A stretch of 64,000 nucleotides of DNA from Squalus acanthias (taxonomy: Eukaryota), in the NCBI GenBank assembly GCA_030390025.1, contig CM059438.1, forward strand, positions 66,032,001-66,096,000, in the 5' to 3' direction. The notes under the pieces were generated by a model. It did no database searches and was not told the origin of the DNA. It saw nothing but the letters and a program-made list of their open reading frames with translations. Of this stretch, positions 37,916 through 49,813 are shown piece after piece (within the stretch, counting starts at the first letter, position 1; every line of letters begins with the position of its first letter). The position numbers were made by a program, and so were the translations under genes.

Positions 37916-39988
37916 TTGTGGTTGTTTGTATCACTGTGTATTGGATCCCTATCCTTACAACATGCTACTTGACCACTGGTCAAGCAATGGAGGTTGAAAT
38001 GATTGACTCCTTTTGAATAGGAACTGGATAAATATTTGGTTGGAAGTAGGCTTGATGGTTGCTGGGATAGATATGGCTTGAAACGATCAAAACTGTACAC
38101 GGCACAATAGTCCGGGTGCTTTGGAATGAAGATTTTTCTTTTACGTGGAGGTCAACAGACTGGCATAAAGAGTAGAAATGGATGATCACCCTCGGTGGGG
38201 GTGGGGGTCGAGCATCAGTTACGCAATATTCTCAATTGGAGACTCAATTAATTGTGCCGAGTCGTTTATAGGCTAAATTGTGCGTGGTCTGTGGAATGAA
38301 CCGACTTGATGGAGCAACTGACCTTTTCTTGTTCCAACTTGGTGAAAATATATCACCTGTGGAATGCAGATGGGAAAGGTTGCTTGCAGAGATTCTGTGA
38401 GCAGTGACACCGCCAAGACATTTCTGGCATTTGAATTCTCAATAAATCCATCGCGTTAAGAGAGCAGAACTCGCTGGCACTTACCAACCCATGACTCATT
38501 ATTCAATCGTACCTCAGTCAGTCGCTGCAAGTTAAAGTCTTAGAGACGGCGTCAACAGAATTCCAATTGCACACAGCAGAGAATTCTTCAGGAGACCACG
38601 GACACTGTGATGTTGCAACTGATTCAAATCAGGCAGGCGGTTGGAGGGAGTGGGGGGTCTGTAAACAGCTTGTCACTTACTAACGAGCTTTGAAAGAGGC
38701 GAAATAAACGTGGACAATAAAGACAAATGGCATCCCTTAAAGATGCATCGCCCTCCTGCTGTGAAAATTAGAGAAGGGGACATTTCTTGGATTGATCTAA
38801 GCTTTCAGCTGTAAAATGGTGGCTTGGGACTGCGAACCTGCCACATACTTTACCACAGCACAATTTTGAAACCTCTTTTACATTTCTGTTTAGCTTTTGG
38901 GAAGCGTGACACTGAAACAATCTTGTTGCATTAATCCCCTGATCTTTATTTTAAAGTTTTCTCTATTCTCCTGCCAGGCCCCATTCAAGGCTGATTGGGT
39001 AGAGAGAGAGACTGGTTCTTCTGTGTGTGTGTGTGTGTGTGAACTGCCTGCCCTCGTATAATGATGCACCTTTTAAGTCCCGATAGAAAGTTGATTCCGC
39101 ACACCTACGAGCTGGGTCATTATGGAAGGAAGCAAATGTATAAAAGCTTGGCATGTTCAGCTGGCTGGCAGAGAAGGGAGGTGTTCCAACAGCAGATGGC
39201 GAGCCCGCCAAATAAAGTGGTTTATTTTGTCCTCGGAAGTGTGGAAGCCGTATTATTTATGTGTAAGACTGCAGTTAACTGTGCAAACAAAAGCTGGCTG
39301 GCTGCAGTCTGAGGCACTTCATCAATGGGAAAGTGCCTGAAACTCAGCTAAGTGCGCTGCGATCTTCATAGCGAGGTCTTACCGTAAATGCTTGATCATT
39401 CGAAGAGGGCGGGTCAGCGCCATCGCTCCTGATTAAACATCAAATTGATCTGAAGAATTCCGATTGACAGCTCTCCTTTCTATGAGTTTTTATTGCTTTT
39501 TTGGAACGTTGCTGGAACAAGTACCGATGCGAGCCTCGAGTTGTGGCTCAGGGGAGTTTTCGAGGCTGATGACATGATGGGGCTGAGTCAACAGAGGCAG
39601 GAGTACAGTCATGAACTCGAGACTGCTAAAAGAATAAAGGAACTATGTAATTATAGCTGTAGTTCAATTCCCCCTCACACAGTCAGGAACAGCAACTCCT
39701 CCCAAGTCATTCCTCGGGTTATATTGCTCTGCTGGTTGGTCAATCAGAAGTGCTCAAAAGAGAGACAGACTTGGTGGGGGAAGGAGGAACAAAAATTTGG
39801 TCCAATAAATCAGTATTCTGTCTGGTTTTTAACAGGGGGCTTCTGGTGAAACTCCTTTAAAGGCACACGGTCTTCATGTCAAAATGTTGAGGAAACCTTT
39901 TTTTGTTCAGCTGATGAGCTTTTTATAAAAGTGAGAAGTCGCACAACACCAGGTTATAGTCCAACAGCTTTATTTGAAATCACAAGGT

Positions 39989-40024
39989 GACCTGACGAAG
40001 GAGCAGCGCTCCGAAAGCTTGTGA
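39989..40024 (+). ncRNA. Minimal hammerhead-ribozyme-like motif (Penelope type)
   Basis: CUGACGA-A-GGAGC-agc-GCUCC-GAAA-GCUU: both core boxes flank a perfect stem II, followed by a short palindrome. Stem I looks weak in this copy. Confidence 0.6.
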
Positions 40025-40128
40025 TTTCAAATAAAGCTGTTGGACTATAACCTGGTGTTCCTCTTTTTGGTTGAACAGAACCCAAATTTACTGTAAATCA
40101 ATTAAAACTTTAAATGAAACTTAATAAA

Positions 40129-43100
40129 TCAAATTAAAATTTGGAAGTCCGGGGTGACGATGCACTCCAGTCCCCGCGGCGCCCACCGGTCGCGGAAAAA
40201 CTCAAGCGTGCCGGCGGACACCGCGTGCTCCATCTCCAGGGCCACCCGGGCGCGAACATGGCCGCGGAAGAGAGGCAGGCAATCGGGCCGAACGACCCCC
40301 TCGACCGCCCGCTGCCTGGACCAATTTATGGCTTTCTTGGCCAGGCCCAGGAGCAGTCCTACGAGGAGGTCCTCCGACCTACCCGCTCCCCTCCGCACCG
40401 GGTGACCGTAGATCAGGAGCGTGGGGCTGAAGTGCAACCAGAAATTGAGGAGCAGCCCCTTCAAATAATAAAAGAGGGGCTGCAACCTCTCACATTCAAT
40501 ATAAATGTGATAGACGGACTCCTCCAGGCCGCAGAAATGGCAAGCAGCCTGGGAGTCCGTAAACCTATTTAAAATCCTATTGCACGGGACTGCTCCGTGC
40601 AACACCCTCCAGGCCAAGTCCCCAATAGAACAAGGGAAGACTCCCACGTAGAGAGCCTTCCAATGGGGACCTTCGCCTCCGCCGGACGGCAGGATGGTAC
40701 GCCAAGGCGTGTCCGGACGGCAGACGAAGATGGCAAAGTGGAGAGTGTGCAGGAGCAGCCCGTACAGGAAACGCCTCCGTGCGGCTTGAAAGGGCACGGA
40801 GGGCATTTCTCCGAGAAGGCTCAAGTGGTGAGGCGGCGGCTCCCGAGGGAGGATTCGGGGCCGGGCGCCGATAAGGAATTCCGTCCGAACGGAGGTCAGT
40901 TCGGACGGGATCGCCCCACGTGCTTGAGCCTCCTCGACACACCTAGTGGAGACGGGGCCCAGTGCCACTTTTAGCGACTCGATGGCTTTGACCGCGAGCC
41001 GGACGTTGACCCAGGACATGCGCCTCGCCAACTCCTCCGGCGCCATCCAGCCCGCTCCTCCGCCATCGAGCAGGTCCCCGACTCTGGTCACCTTACCGGG
41101 CACAGCCCTGCCCTCCGCCAGCCAGCCGAACCCGCGGTCGTGGAGGTGCGGATTCCTGAACAGCGGCTCCCGAAGGACGGCCGCCGCTCCTGACGGGGGA
41201 GAACTGCGCTCGGAGGCGACGCTGTTCCAAACCCATAGCAGTTCCTGGTAGAAGACAGGCAGCTCCCGCAGGCTGGCACGCGTGCCACCCACTCTCACAA
41301 ACAGGAGCTGCGTGTCGTAATTGAGGCCGTGCAGCTGGCGGAAGAAATACGTCGCTAGCGCACGCCACCTAGGAGGATTCTCCACGTACAGGTATCTCTG
41401 CAGCGTCTGAAGACGGAAAGTCGCCGCCTGGGTGCGAAGGCACACCAGCGCCTGACCGCCCTCCCTAAGCGGGAGACTCAAAACCGCGGCAGAGACCCAG
41501 TGCTTCCTTTTGTCCCAGAAGAAGTCGACGAGCTTCTTCTGCATCTTGGCGACAAACGCAGGGGGAGGGATCAAAGTGACCAACCGGTACCACAACATGG
41601 CGGCCACCAGCTGGTTTATGACCAGCGCTCGACCCCTGTAGGACAACACTCGGAGCAGTCCTGTCCAGCGCCCTAGGCGAGCGGTGACTTTGGCCTCCAG
41701 CTCTTGCCAGTTCGCCGGCCAGGCGTCCTCGGCCGGGCTGAGGTAGACTCCCAGGTAGAGGAGGTGCGTGGTGCTCCAGGCGAAAGGCCCGAACTCCTCC
41801 GGCAGGGAGTCCACCTGCCATGGGCCCACCAGGAGTCCAGAACATTTCTCCCAGTTGATCTTGGCGGAGGATGCGTCCGAGTAAATCTGCTGGCATTCTC
41901 GCATCCTCCGCAAGTCGACGGGATCCGTGACCGCGAGGAGCACGTCATCGGCGTAAGCCGAGAGGACCACCTCCACGCCCGGCCCTTGCAGAGCCAGTCC
42001 CGTCAACCTCTTCCGCAAGAGGCGCAGGAAAGGCTCCACGCAAACAGCGTATAACTGAAGCGAAGGGGCGCCGTCAAAGACCTGTTAACTTTAATGAGAC
42101 ACTCCGCGGCGGCGTACAGAAGTCGGATCCGGGCGACGAAATGCGTCCCGAACCCGAATGCGCGCAGAGTCCCGAAAAGATACTCGTGATCCACCCTGTC
42201 GAACGCCTTCTCCTGATCTAGGGAAAGGAAGGCGACCGACAGACCAGCCCTCTGGGAATGGTGGACCAGGTCCCGGACCAGATGGATGTTGTCGTGGATT
42301 GTCCGGCCCGGGACCGTGTAGGACTGGTCGGGGTGGATCATGCGGGCCAGCACGGTGCCAAGGCGAGCAGACATAGCCCTGGCGAAAATTTTGTAGTCCG
42401 TGCTGAGGAGGGAGACCGGGCGCCAGTTCTTAAGTAGGCGGAGATCGCCCTTCTTGGGCAGCAGGACGATGACCGCCCTGCGCCAAGAGAGGGGCATCTC
42501 CCCGGTCGCCAGACTTTCCCCCAGGACCCGCGCGTAGTCGTCCCCCAAGACGTCCCAGAACGCCCTGTGGAACTCCACGGTCAGCCCGTCCAGCCCCGGG
42601 GACTTGCCCCTCGAGAGCTGGCGCAGGGCGCCGGTCAGCTCCGCCAGGCGTAGCGGAGCTTCTAAATTCTCGGCGCCCTCCGGGCCGACCTTCGGCAGGT
42701 CCTCCCACAAAACTCTGCGCGCATCCTCGCTGGACGGATCCGAAGAGAACAGAGCCCCGTAATAGGCCCGGGCCTCCGCGCTGATGCCCTCCGGATCCGA
42801 GACCAGAGATCCATCGTCGGCCAGCAGCCCCAAGAGCTGCTTACGGACCCCCCGTCTTTTTTCCAGCGAGTAGAAGAAGGGGGAGCCGCGGTCCAGGTCC
42901 CGCAGGAACTGGATCCGCGACCTCACGTATGCGCCTCGGGACCCGACCAGCTGCAGGTCCTTCAGCGCGCCCTTCTTCTCTTCGTACACCTTCCGCAGGG
43001 CCGGGTCCTCGACGACTTGACCGAGACGGGACTCCAGGTCGAGCACTTCTTTCTCCAATCGCCCGACCCGGGCCTCCCGCCTCTTGGTCGACCCCTTCGC

Positions 43101-43991
43101 GTACTCCTGACAGAAGACGCGGACGTGAGCCTTGCCCATGTCCCACCATAGCCTCAAGGAGGGGAAGCCTCCCCGCTTCCTTCTCCAGTCGGCCCAGAAC
43201 CGGCGAAACGAATCCCGGAACCGCGCGTCCTCCAGCAGCAGGTTGTTAAAATGCCAGTACGCGGACCCCCCCCGCGCGCGCAGCGGAGCGAGCTCCGCCC
43301 ACACCAGGTGGTGGTCCGTGCACGGCACCGGCCGCATGGAAGCCGCCGGAACGCAGGAGACGTACGCCCGGGAAATGTAAAGGCGGTCGATTCTGGACCT
43401 TCCTCCTCCAGACCTCACGCTCGTGAAGGCGCTGGAGTCGGGATGGAGATTTCGCCAGACGTCCACCAAGTCGAAGGACCCGACCAGGTCCCGCAACTTC
43501 TCCATCGCCGCCGGGCTTCGCGGGGGACCCGACCGGTCCCGCGCCTCGAGGGTACAATTGAAATCCCCCCCGAGGATGACGCACTCGCCCACGTCGATGG
43601 AGCCCAGAAGAGCGGACACTTCTCCGAAGAAGCGCACTTGCTGCGCACCGGTCCGGGGGGCGTACACATTCACTAAATGGAGCGGCACGCCTCCCAGGCG
43701 AACAGTGACCTGGAGCAAGCGGCCCGGCACGTGCTCCTTGACCCTCAAAATCTCCGGCTGAAAATGCGGGGCCAGCAAGACAGCCACCCCGCAGGAATTG
43801 TTAGAGAGGTGACTCATGCTGACCCCTCCTTGCCACTCCAGGAGCCACGTGGCCTCGTCTCCCGGAACGGTGTGGGTTTCTTGCAGGAAGCACACCGCAT
43901 ATTTCCCGTCCCGAAGGACCGAGAAGTTATTGAATCTACGGCGCGCCTCCCTGCTGCCGTTGATGTTGAGGCTGGCTATGGTTATTTTCAT
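40129..43991 (-). pseudogene. Tx1 ORF2 (AP endonuclease, RT, C-terminal zinc-binding domain), broken at 42057/42058
   Basis: SLNING, LQETH, GGDFN, RIDR, TDH (APE); KSPGLDG, NWRPVSLL, LDQEKAFDRV, YADD (RT); CHFCGLEESVYHIYIEC. A single frameshifting deletion splits it into the 668 and 636 aa ORFs. Confidence 0.92.
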
Positions 43992-44016
43992 CTCAGAAGC
44001 ATAGTGCAACCTCTAC

Positions 44017-46175
44017 CTAACGGAGGGGAGGGAGCGCGGTCACTGATGACCGCCACTCCCTCAGCAGCCCAGTGTGGAAACTCTTGAGCCGACGCAGCTC
44101 GAGCCGGCCAACGTCCTTGTCCGCGCCCATGATTTTAACGGCGGCGCGGACGGACACGACGAGCAGCGCCAGCTCCGACCACTTGTCGAGGGCCAGCCGG
44201 ATCTTCTTGTGACGACCCTGGCTCGTGGCCATAAAATCCCGGAGTTCCCCTACGGGGATGAGGGGAGAGTCGGTGAAGGGCACGAGGGCGTCCATCGCCT
44301 CGCTGCCGATGGACTCCAAATCGTCCTCGGTGCCCAACACCGAGTCCCCGTCCTCCTCCGGGAGGTCATCACCGGCGGCCAACCTGTCCGTCACACGGGG
44401 TGCAGCGAACGGCTCGGCCGCACCGGCCGGCCCCGCCTCCGTCACGATCCCACCCCCAGGATCGGTGGCAGAGGAGTCCACCCTGGGCTCCTTCAGGGGC
44501 GTCGGGCCGGGAGGCGGCGGCGGTTCGGGGCCCCCCCCCCCGCCTCAGGCGCCGGAGCGACCGGAGAAACCGGGGAGAAAATAATCTCAGAGTCCTCCAG
44601 TACGTCCGGCGCCAACATCAGAGACGGAGTCAGGGGGCTTTCTGTCTCCCCGCCACCAACCTCCGACCCAGCGGGCTGGGGATTGTTATACTCCTCCACC
44701 AGGTCGAGCAGTCCCTGGGAGATATCTGGGTTGTAAAAGGCGGGCTCGGCTTCAGCCTCTTTGGCCTCGCCCGCCCCAGTCCCCAGGACGCCCGACCCGG
44801 CGAGGAGCAACGGTTCAGAATTTTTATTATTGATATCCGCGGGTTGTTCCGCGCCCCCCCCCACGGGCAGGGTCTCTTCCCCATCCCCGGGAGGCACAGG
44901 TCGGACAGACTCGGCTGTCTCACCCTCCCGAGGGACAGGCGAATCCTGCCGCTCGCGCGCGACGATGACGGTGGTGGGGTGGGGCGCAGTACCCGCGGCG
45001 GGCGACGACTCCCCTTCTGCGGAGGGACCTTCCTCCTCGCAGTCCTCCTCCTGGGGGTCGAGCTTCTTTTTTAACATATTGGGGCCCGGAGAGGGGGAGG
45101 CCTCCATGTCTGCTGGGGCCTCCCTCTCTGCCCCCTTCCGATGACTGGGTTTCTTGGGCCCCTCGGGCCCGAGCCCGGCCGCAGGTCTTGATTTAGCTGC
45201 CTTGGCAGTTGCGGTCACGGTCACGGGCCCGGGCACGAGGACCCCCCCAGTCTCACGCGTCCCGATCAACTCCGCGATGTACTCGGGCGTGAGTTCGGTC
45301 AAATCGGATGTTTCCTCCACGAGGGGATCCGCCCTTAGGTGTTTAGTCTTTCTAAGCGCCTTCCTTCCCCTCGGACGCTCTCCCTCCCCCCCGCCGGAGG
45401 CCGTGATGGTGTTGGCCTCCGATTTCGACCGCGCATTCGTTGTCTTCGACGCGCGGACAGTATCAGGGGGAGGGGGGGCGGCGGCGCCAGCCCTGGCCGC
45501 GCTAGGTGTCGTGGCGGCCTTGGAGGCGGGGCAGTTTTTGCGGACATGCCCCACCTCCTTACAGGCATAGCACCGCACGCCGTCCAAGGTCCAGAAGACG
45601 CGGTGGGCGGTCCCCCCGTGGAGCACCGTGAACGCGCCGTCCGCGTCCTCCTCCCGCGCCAGCCAGACGAAAAGCTGGCGCCGGAAGAAGAAGACGTGCC
45701 GAAGGCTGGCTTCCCGGAAGCCGAGCGGGATGGGTGTGATCCCCGACCTCACCTCCTCCAGTTGACGTAGGTGGGGGAGGAGGAGCTCACCCGGAACAAA
45801 GGGCGGGACGTTGGAAACAACAATCCTTTGCGCGGTGGCCTCAAGGGGGTCCACCGGCAGGAAGGTCCCGCCCATGGTGAGCCCCTTCTCGATGGCCAGG
45901 GACACCGCCCGCTCCGACCCCAGGAAGAACACAGCCTTGCCGTACATTTTAGAGGCGGCGACGATGGCTGAAGGGCCAACAACCCCAGCCATGGCTTTAA
46001 CACACGCCTCTATAGTCATGTTGGGGTGAGTGTAGCTCTTGACCCCATTCTTCCTCGTAAGGAGGGTAAAAGGTGACGGGGTAACAGGAGGACTTGTGGC
46101 TGCGGCCGTGGCCGCGGCTGCCACACTCGCATACGTCCTCGCTGCCCCCGCCACCGACGAAGATGTGCTCGCCAT
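44017..46175 (-). CDS. Tx1 ORF1 (zinc-knuckle nucleic-acid-binding protein), frameshift at a G11 run (44531-44541)
   Basis: MASTSSS start, IVVSNVPPFV motif, CCHC knuckle CYACKEVGHVRKNC and a long P/E/A-rich region. It continues in the 44017-44481 frame and stops 25 nt before the ORF2 ATG. Confidence 0.85.
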
Positions 46176-47912
46176 AATGGACGGGTCTTTAAGGGCTACA
46201 CTCACCCCAAGTCACAGGCCTGAAGGTGTTAATGGCCTCGGTTTTGTAGTTTTTTTTTCCCTGAGCAGAGGGAGCTCTTAAATTGAATGCACACCTCTCC
46301 CTTTATTTGCTTGAATTGGGAGAGGGGCCTTCTCCCCTCTGCTCAATAGGTACTTAATTAAAAGTAAGTTGAGGTGCCTCTTAGAGAGAGAGGCAGAGAG
46401 AGACAAGAGACAAAGAGAGAGAGAGAGGGGGTGGGAAGGAGGGAAGCCGCAAGGGCAGGGTCGCCACTCAGGATGGTGGGTGGGTGGGTGTTGGCAGGGG
46501 GGTGCACTCTCCGATGTAATAAAAGTCTTTGGTGGTGGTCTTCTGGTGGGGGGAGAAGATGTCTTCACCTGGGAAAGCTGGAGATGCCCAGGCTCAGTCC
46601 TGCACCAGGTCTTAACGATGCCCAATTAGATATACTTAAATTGGGGAACTTCACCTAGGCAGCTCCAGCTGTCCCAGGCCAGGCAATGGGAAAGGGGTGT
46701 TTAATATGGTGTGTGCGGCCTAGTTTTTACAAAAGCCACACACACACACACACACACCCCTTAGATGTTCCGGCCTTCTTCTTTTCTTCTTTCCTCCCCC
46801 CACCTACAAAACAAAGTCTCTGGGAGAGTGCACCAGAATCACACCCACCTGTAGCTGATATTCTTTCCTTCCTCCCTCCTTCCAAACAGTTGATGGTTGT
46901 TGGTGTTGTTTTCTCCCCTCTCTCCCTCTCCTAAAATGGAGGCCAATTGAGGAGGCAGTGTTGGAAAGGCCTCTCCTCTGGTGTTTGATGGCCTTGGCCT
47001 TGGCCTTCTTTTCTTTCTCCTCTCCTGTCCTCTCTCTCCAGGCACCTCAGTTGTGGTTGTGGTTGTTGGTGGTGGTCTGCTGTCTGGTCTCCTTCTCCTC
47101 TTCCTGGTCACAGAGACCACCACTCTGCTGCTGCTGCTCCTTCGTCAGCAGCTCCGAAAGCTTGTGATTTCAAATAAAGCTGTTGGACTATAACCTGGTG
47201 TTGTGCGACTTCTCACTTTTGTCCACCCCAGTCCAACACCGACATCTCCACATCAGAGCTTTTTTATAAGACAAGTAGCCCTTTAAGGAGAAGTCTTAAT
47301 CGCACACAGCAACCGTGGAGATCACAGTTCTGTTTCAAATGGAGGCCAATGTCATCATTGAGGCTGGAGCTGTAGCAGTTTGTGATTTGAGACTCAGTGA
47401 TAGACCATGATTGATGATGCCGTGCTGTTGAGCTTGTGTCTGTGGTGAGGCCATGTTGGCCGCTGCAGCAGGTTTGAGCTGTGTGTGTGAAACTCCATAA
47501 ATCTCTTCCTATTTTTGTCTTTACACCGTTAACATTGTTTGTGATGAGCAGGGTGGGTGGCCCCCAAAATTTTTGATGCTCCGGGTTCAATTTGAGGAAT
47601 TTGCGGATCAATATGGAACTCTCCTGGGGAGACTCTGCTGACAACAGTGTCCCTTCAAGTCCTGATTGAATAGAGTCCATGAGCTGAGTGTGTTGTGGGT
47701 TTGTTTACTCACCTGAGGATGGATTAGTTTGGATTTTGGTTTACCTGATCGGTTGCACAATGCACTATTCCTGCTGTACCATACGTGCCAACTGAGAAAA
47801 CTATCAGAAGCTAATAGCTGAAAAATAAACCTCTCCCAGTTCATGCTAACACTCTTCTTCCATCTCCCAGTTCATACTGGCAATCCACCCACTAATTTAG
47901 TTTGGCAGGCTT

Positions 47913-49090
47913 ACGAACATACAAATATACGAATTAGGAGCAAGAGTAGGCCACTTGGCCACTCAAGCCTGCTCCGCCATTCAATAAGATCACGGCTGAT
48001 CTGATTACTCCACATTCCCACCTACCCCCGATAACCTTTCACTGTCTTGCTTATCAAGAATCTATCTACCTCTGCCTTAAAAATATTCAAAGACACTGCT
48101 TCCACCGCCCTCTGAGGAAGAGAGTTCCAAAGACTCACGACCCTCTGTGAGAAAAAAATTCTCCTCATCTCTGTCTTAAATGGGCGACCCCTTATTTTTA
48201 AACAGTGACCCCTAGTTCTAGATTATCCCACAAGAGGAAACATCCTCTCCACATCCACCCTGTCAACACCCCTCAGGATCTTATATGTTTCAATCAAGTC
48301 ACCTCTTATTCTTCTAAACTCCAGCGGATACAAGCCTAGCCAGTCCAACCTTTCCTCATAAGACAACCCGCCCATTCCAGGTATTAGTCTAGTAAACCTT
48401 CTCTGAGCTGCTTCCAACGCATTTACATCCTTCCTTAAATAAGGAGACCAATACTGTACACAGTACTCCAGATGTGGTCTCACCAATGCCCTGTATAACT
48501 GAAGCATAACCTCCCTACTTCTGTATTCAATTCCCCGCGCAATAAACAATAACATTCTATTAGCTTTCCTAATTACTTGCTGTACCTGCAGACTAACCTT
48601 TTGCGATTCATGCACTAGGACACCCAGATCCCTCTGCATCTCAGAGCTCTGCAATCTCTCACCATTTAGATAATATGCTTCTTTTTATTCTTCCTGCCAA
48701 AATAGACAATTTCACATTTTCCCACATTATACTCCATTTGCCAGATCTTAGCGCACTCACTTAACCTATCTATATCCCTTTGTAGCCTTCTTATGTCCTC
48801 TTCACAATTTACTTTCCTACCTATCTTTGTGGCATCAGCAAATTTAGCAACCATACCTTCGGTCCCTTCATCCAAGTCATTTATATAAATTGTAAAAAGT
48901 TGAAGCCCCAGCACTGATCCCTGTGGCACACCACTCGTTACATCTTGCCAACCAGAATAGGACCCATTTATGCCTACTCTCTGTTTCCTGTTGGCTAGCC
49001 AATCTTCTATCCATGCCAATATGTTACGCCCTACACCATGAGCTTTTATTTTCCGCACTAACCTTTGATGTGGCACCTTATCAAATGCTT
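47913..49090 (-). mobile_element. CR1 LINE, 5'-truncated
   Basis: [37 protein letters not shown]. Confidence 0.95.
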
Positions 49091-49813
49091 CTTTGCCTTC
49101 CTTCTCTGGTTCACACTCGGACTCTCAATCCAGTTCCTAATGGGCATGCGTACAGTGCTTAGAACTCTCCTTTTGTATGATCATGATCAGCATGCGCACT
49201 ACTGGAAGCTGTAGAAATGGTTCATATGAACAAGCTGGAAAGTCCAACCTACACACGCCCACTGAAAATGTCATCCTTGCTCAGTCTGGATTGAAACTTT
49301 CAAAGGATTGGCAGTAATTGGCACAATTTAGCAATTCACAACTCTGTTCAAAAGAGGTCCTGATGGTGACATTCCCAAAGGCCCCTGTGCGGCAAGCAAG
49401 TGCCGTGAACTGCTGATAGTGGTTCTTCCACTGTGACCAATTCCTGGAAATGAACAGTCTTACCTCTGTAGACCTTTCAATTCTGTGGCTCTTGCATTGT
49501 CATTGGAGCACCTGTTCTGCCTGCGGCCTGTTAAATGTGCTGAGCCCGTTCAGTGCAATGACATGTTTTCATCCTGACGTGAAGTAACCTTATGATGACG
49601 CACACAGACATCTCTGCATCAATTCCCAGTCTCTCCAAACCCAAGAACAGGAGCTCTTTTGTATATATAATATGGAAACTGTCACTGATATTAATTAAAT
49701 CCCACACTACAGCCCCCTCACATCCTGTGAATAAAATTCTTGCTGTATTATTTTAATCCTAGCCTCAAAATTAATTTATTCAGTGAATGGGGAGACAGGA
49801 GGGAGAAAGAGAT

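Larger units (their letters stand above)
40060..47132 (-). mobile_element. Near full-length L1-Tx1 clade non-LTR retrotransposon
   Basis: Two ORFs, a ~950-nt 5' UTR with GA/CA repeats, a short AT-rich 3' UTR ending AAAAAGAGG, a flanking 52-bp duplication and high CpG content. Confidence 0.92.
39927..47255. mobile_element. Penelope-type inverted pseudo-LTR remnant (39927-40059 and 47151-47255), split by the Tx1 insertion
   Basis: Perfect 60-bp inverted repeat (39927-39986 vs 47161-47220), a 35-nt unpaired tail (47221-47255), a flanking duplication gagc(t5/t6)ataa (39916-39928, 47256-47269) and a hammerhead-like core. Confidence 0.75.

Noticed and set aside
40141..46281. Many overlapping ORFs on both strands inside the Tx1 element
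   Set aside because: Shadow frames of GC-rich coding sequence with no recognisable motifs.
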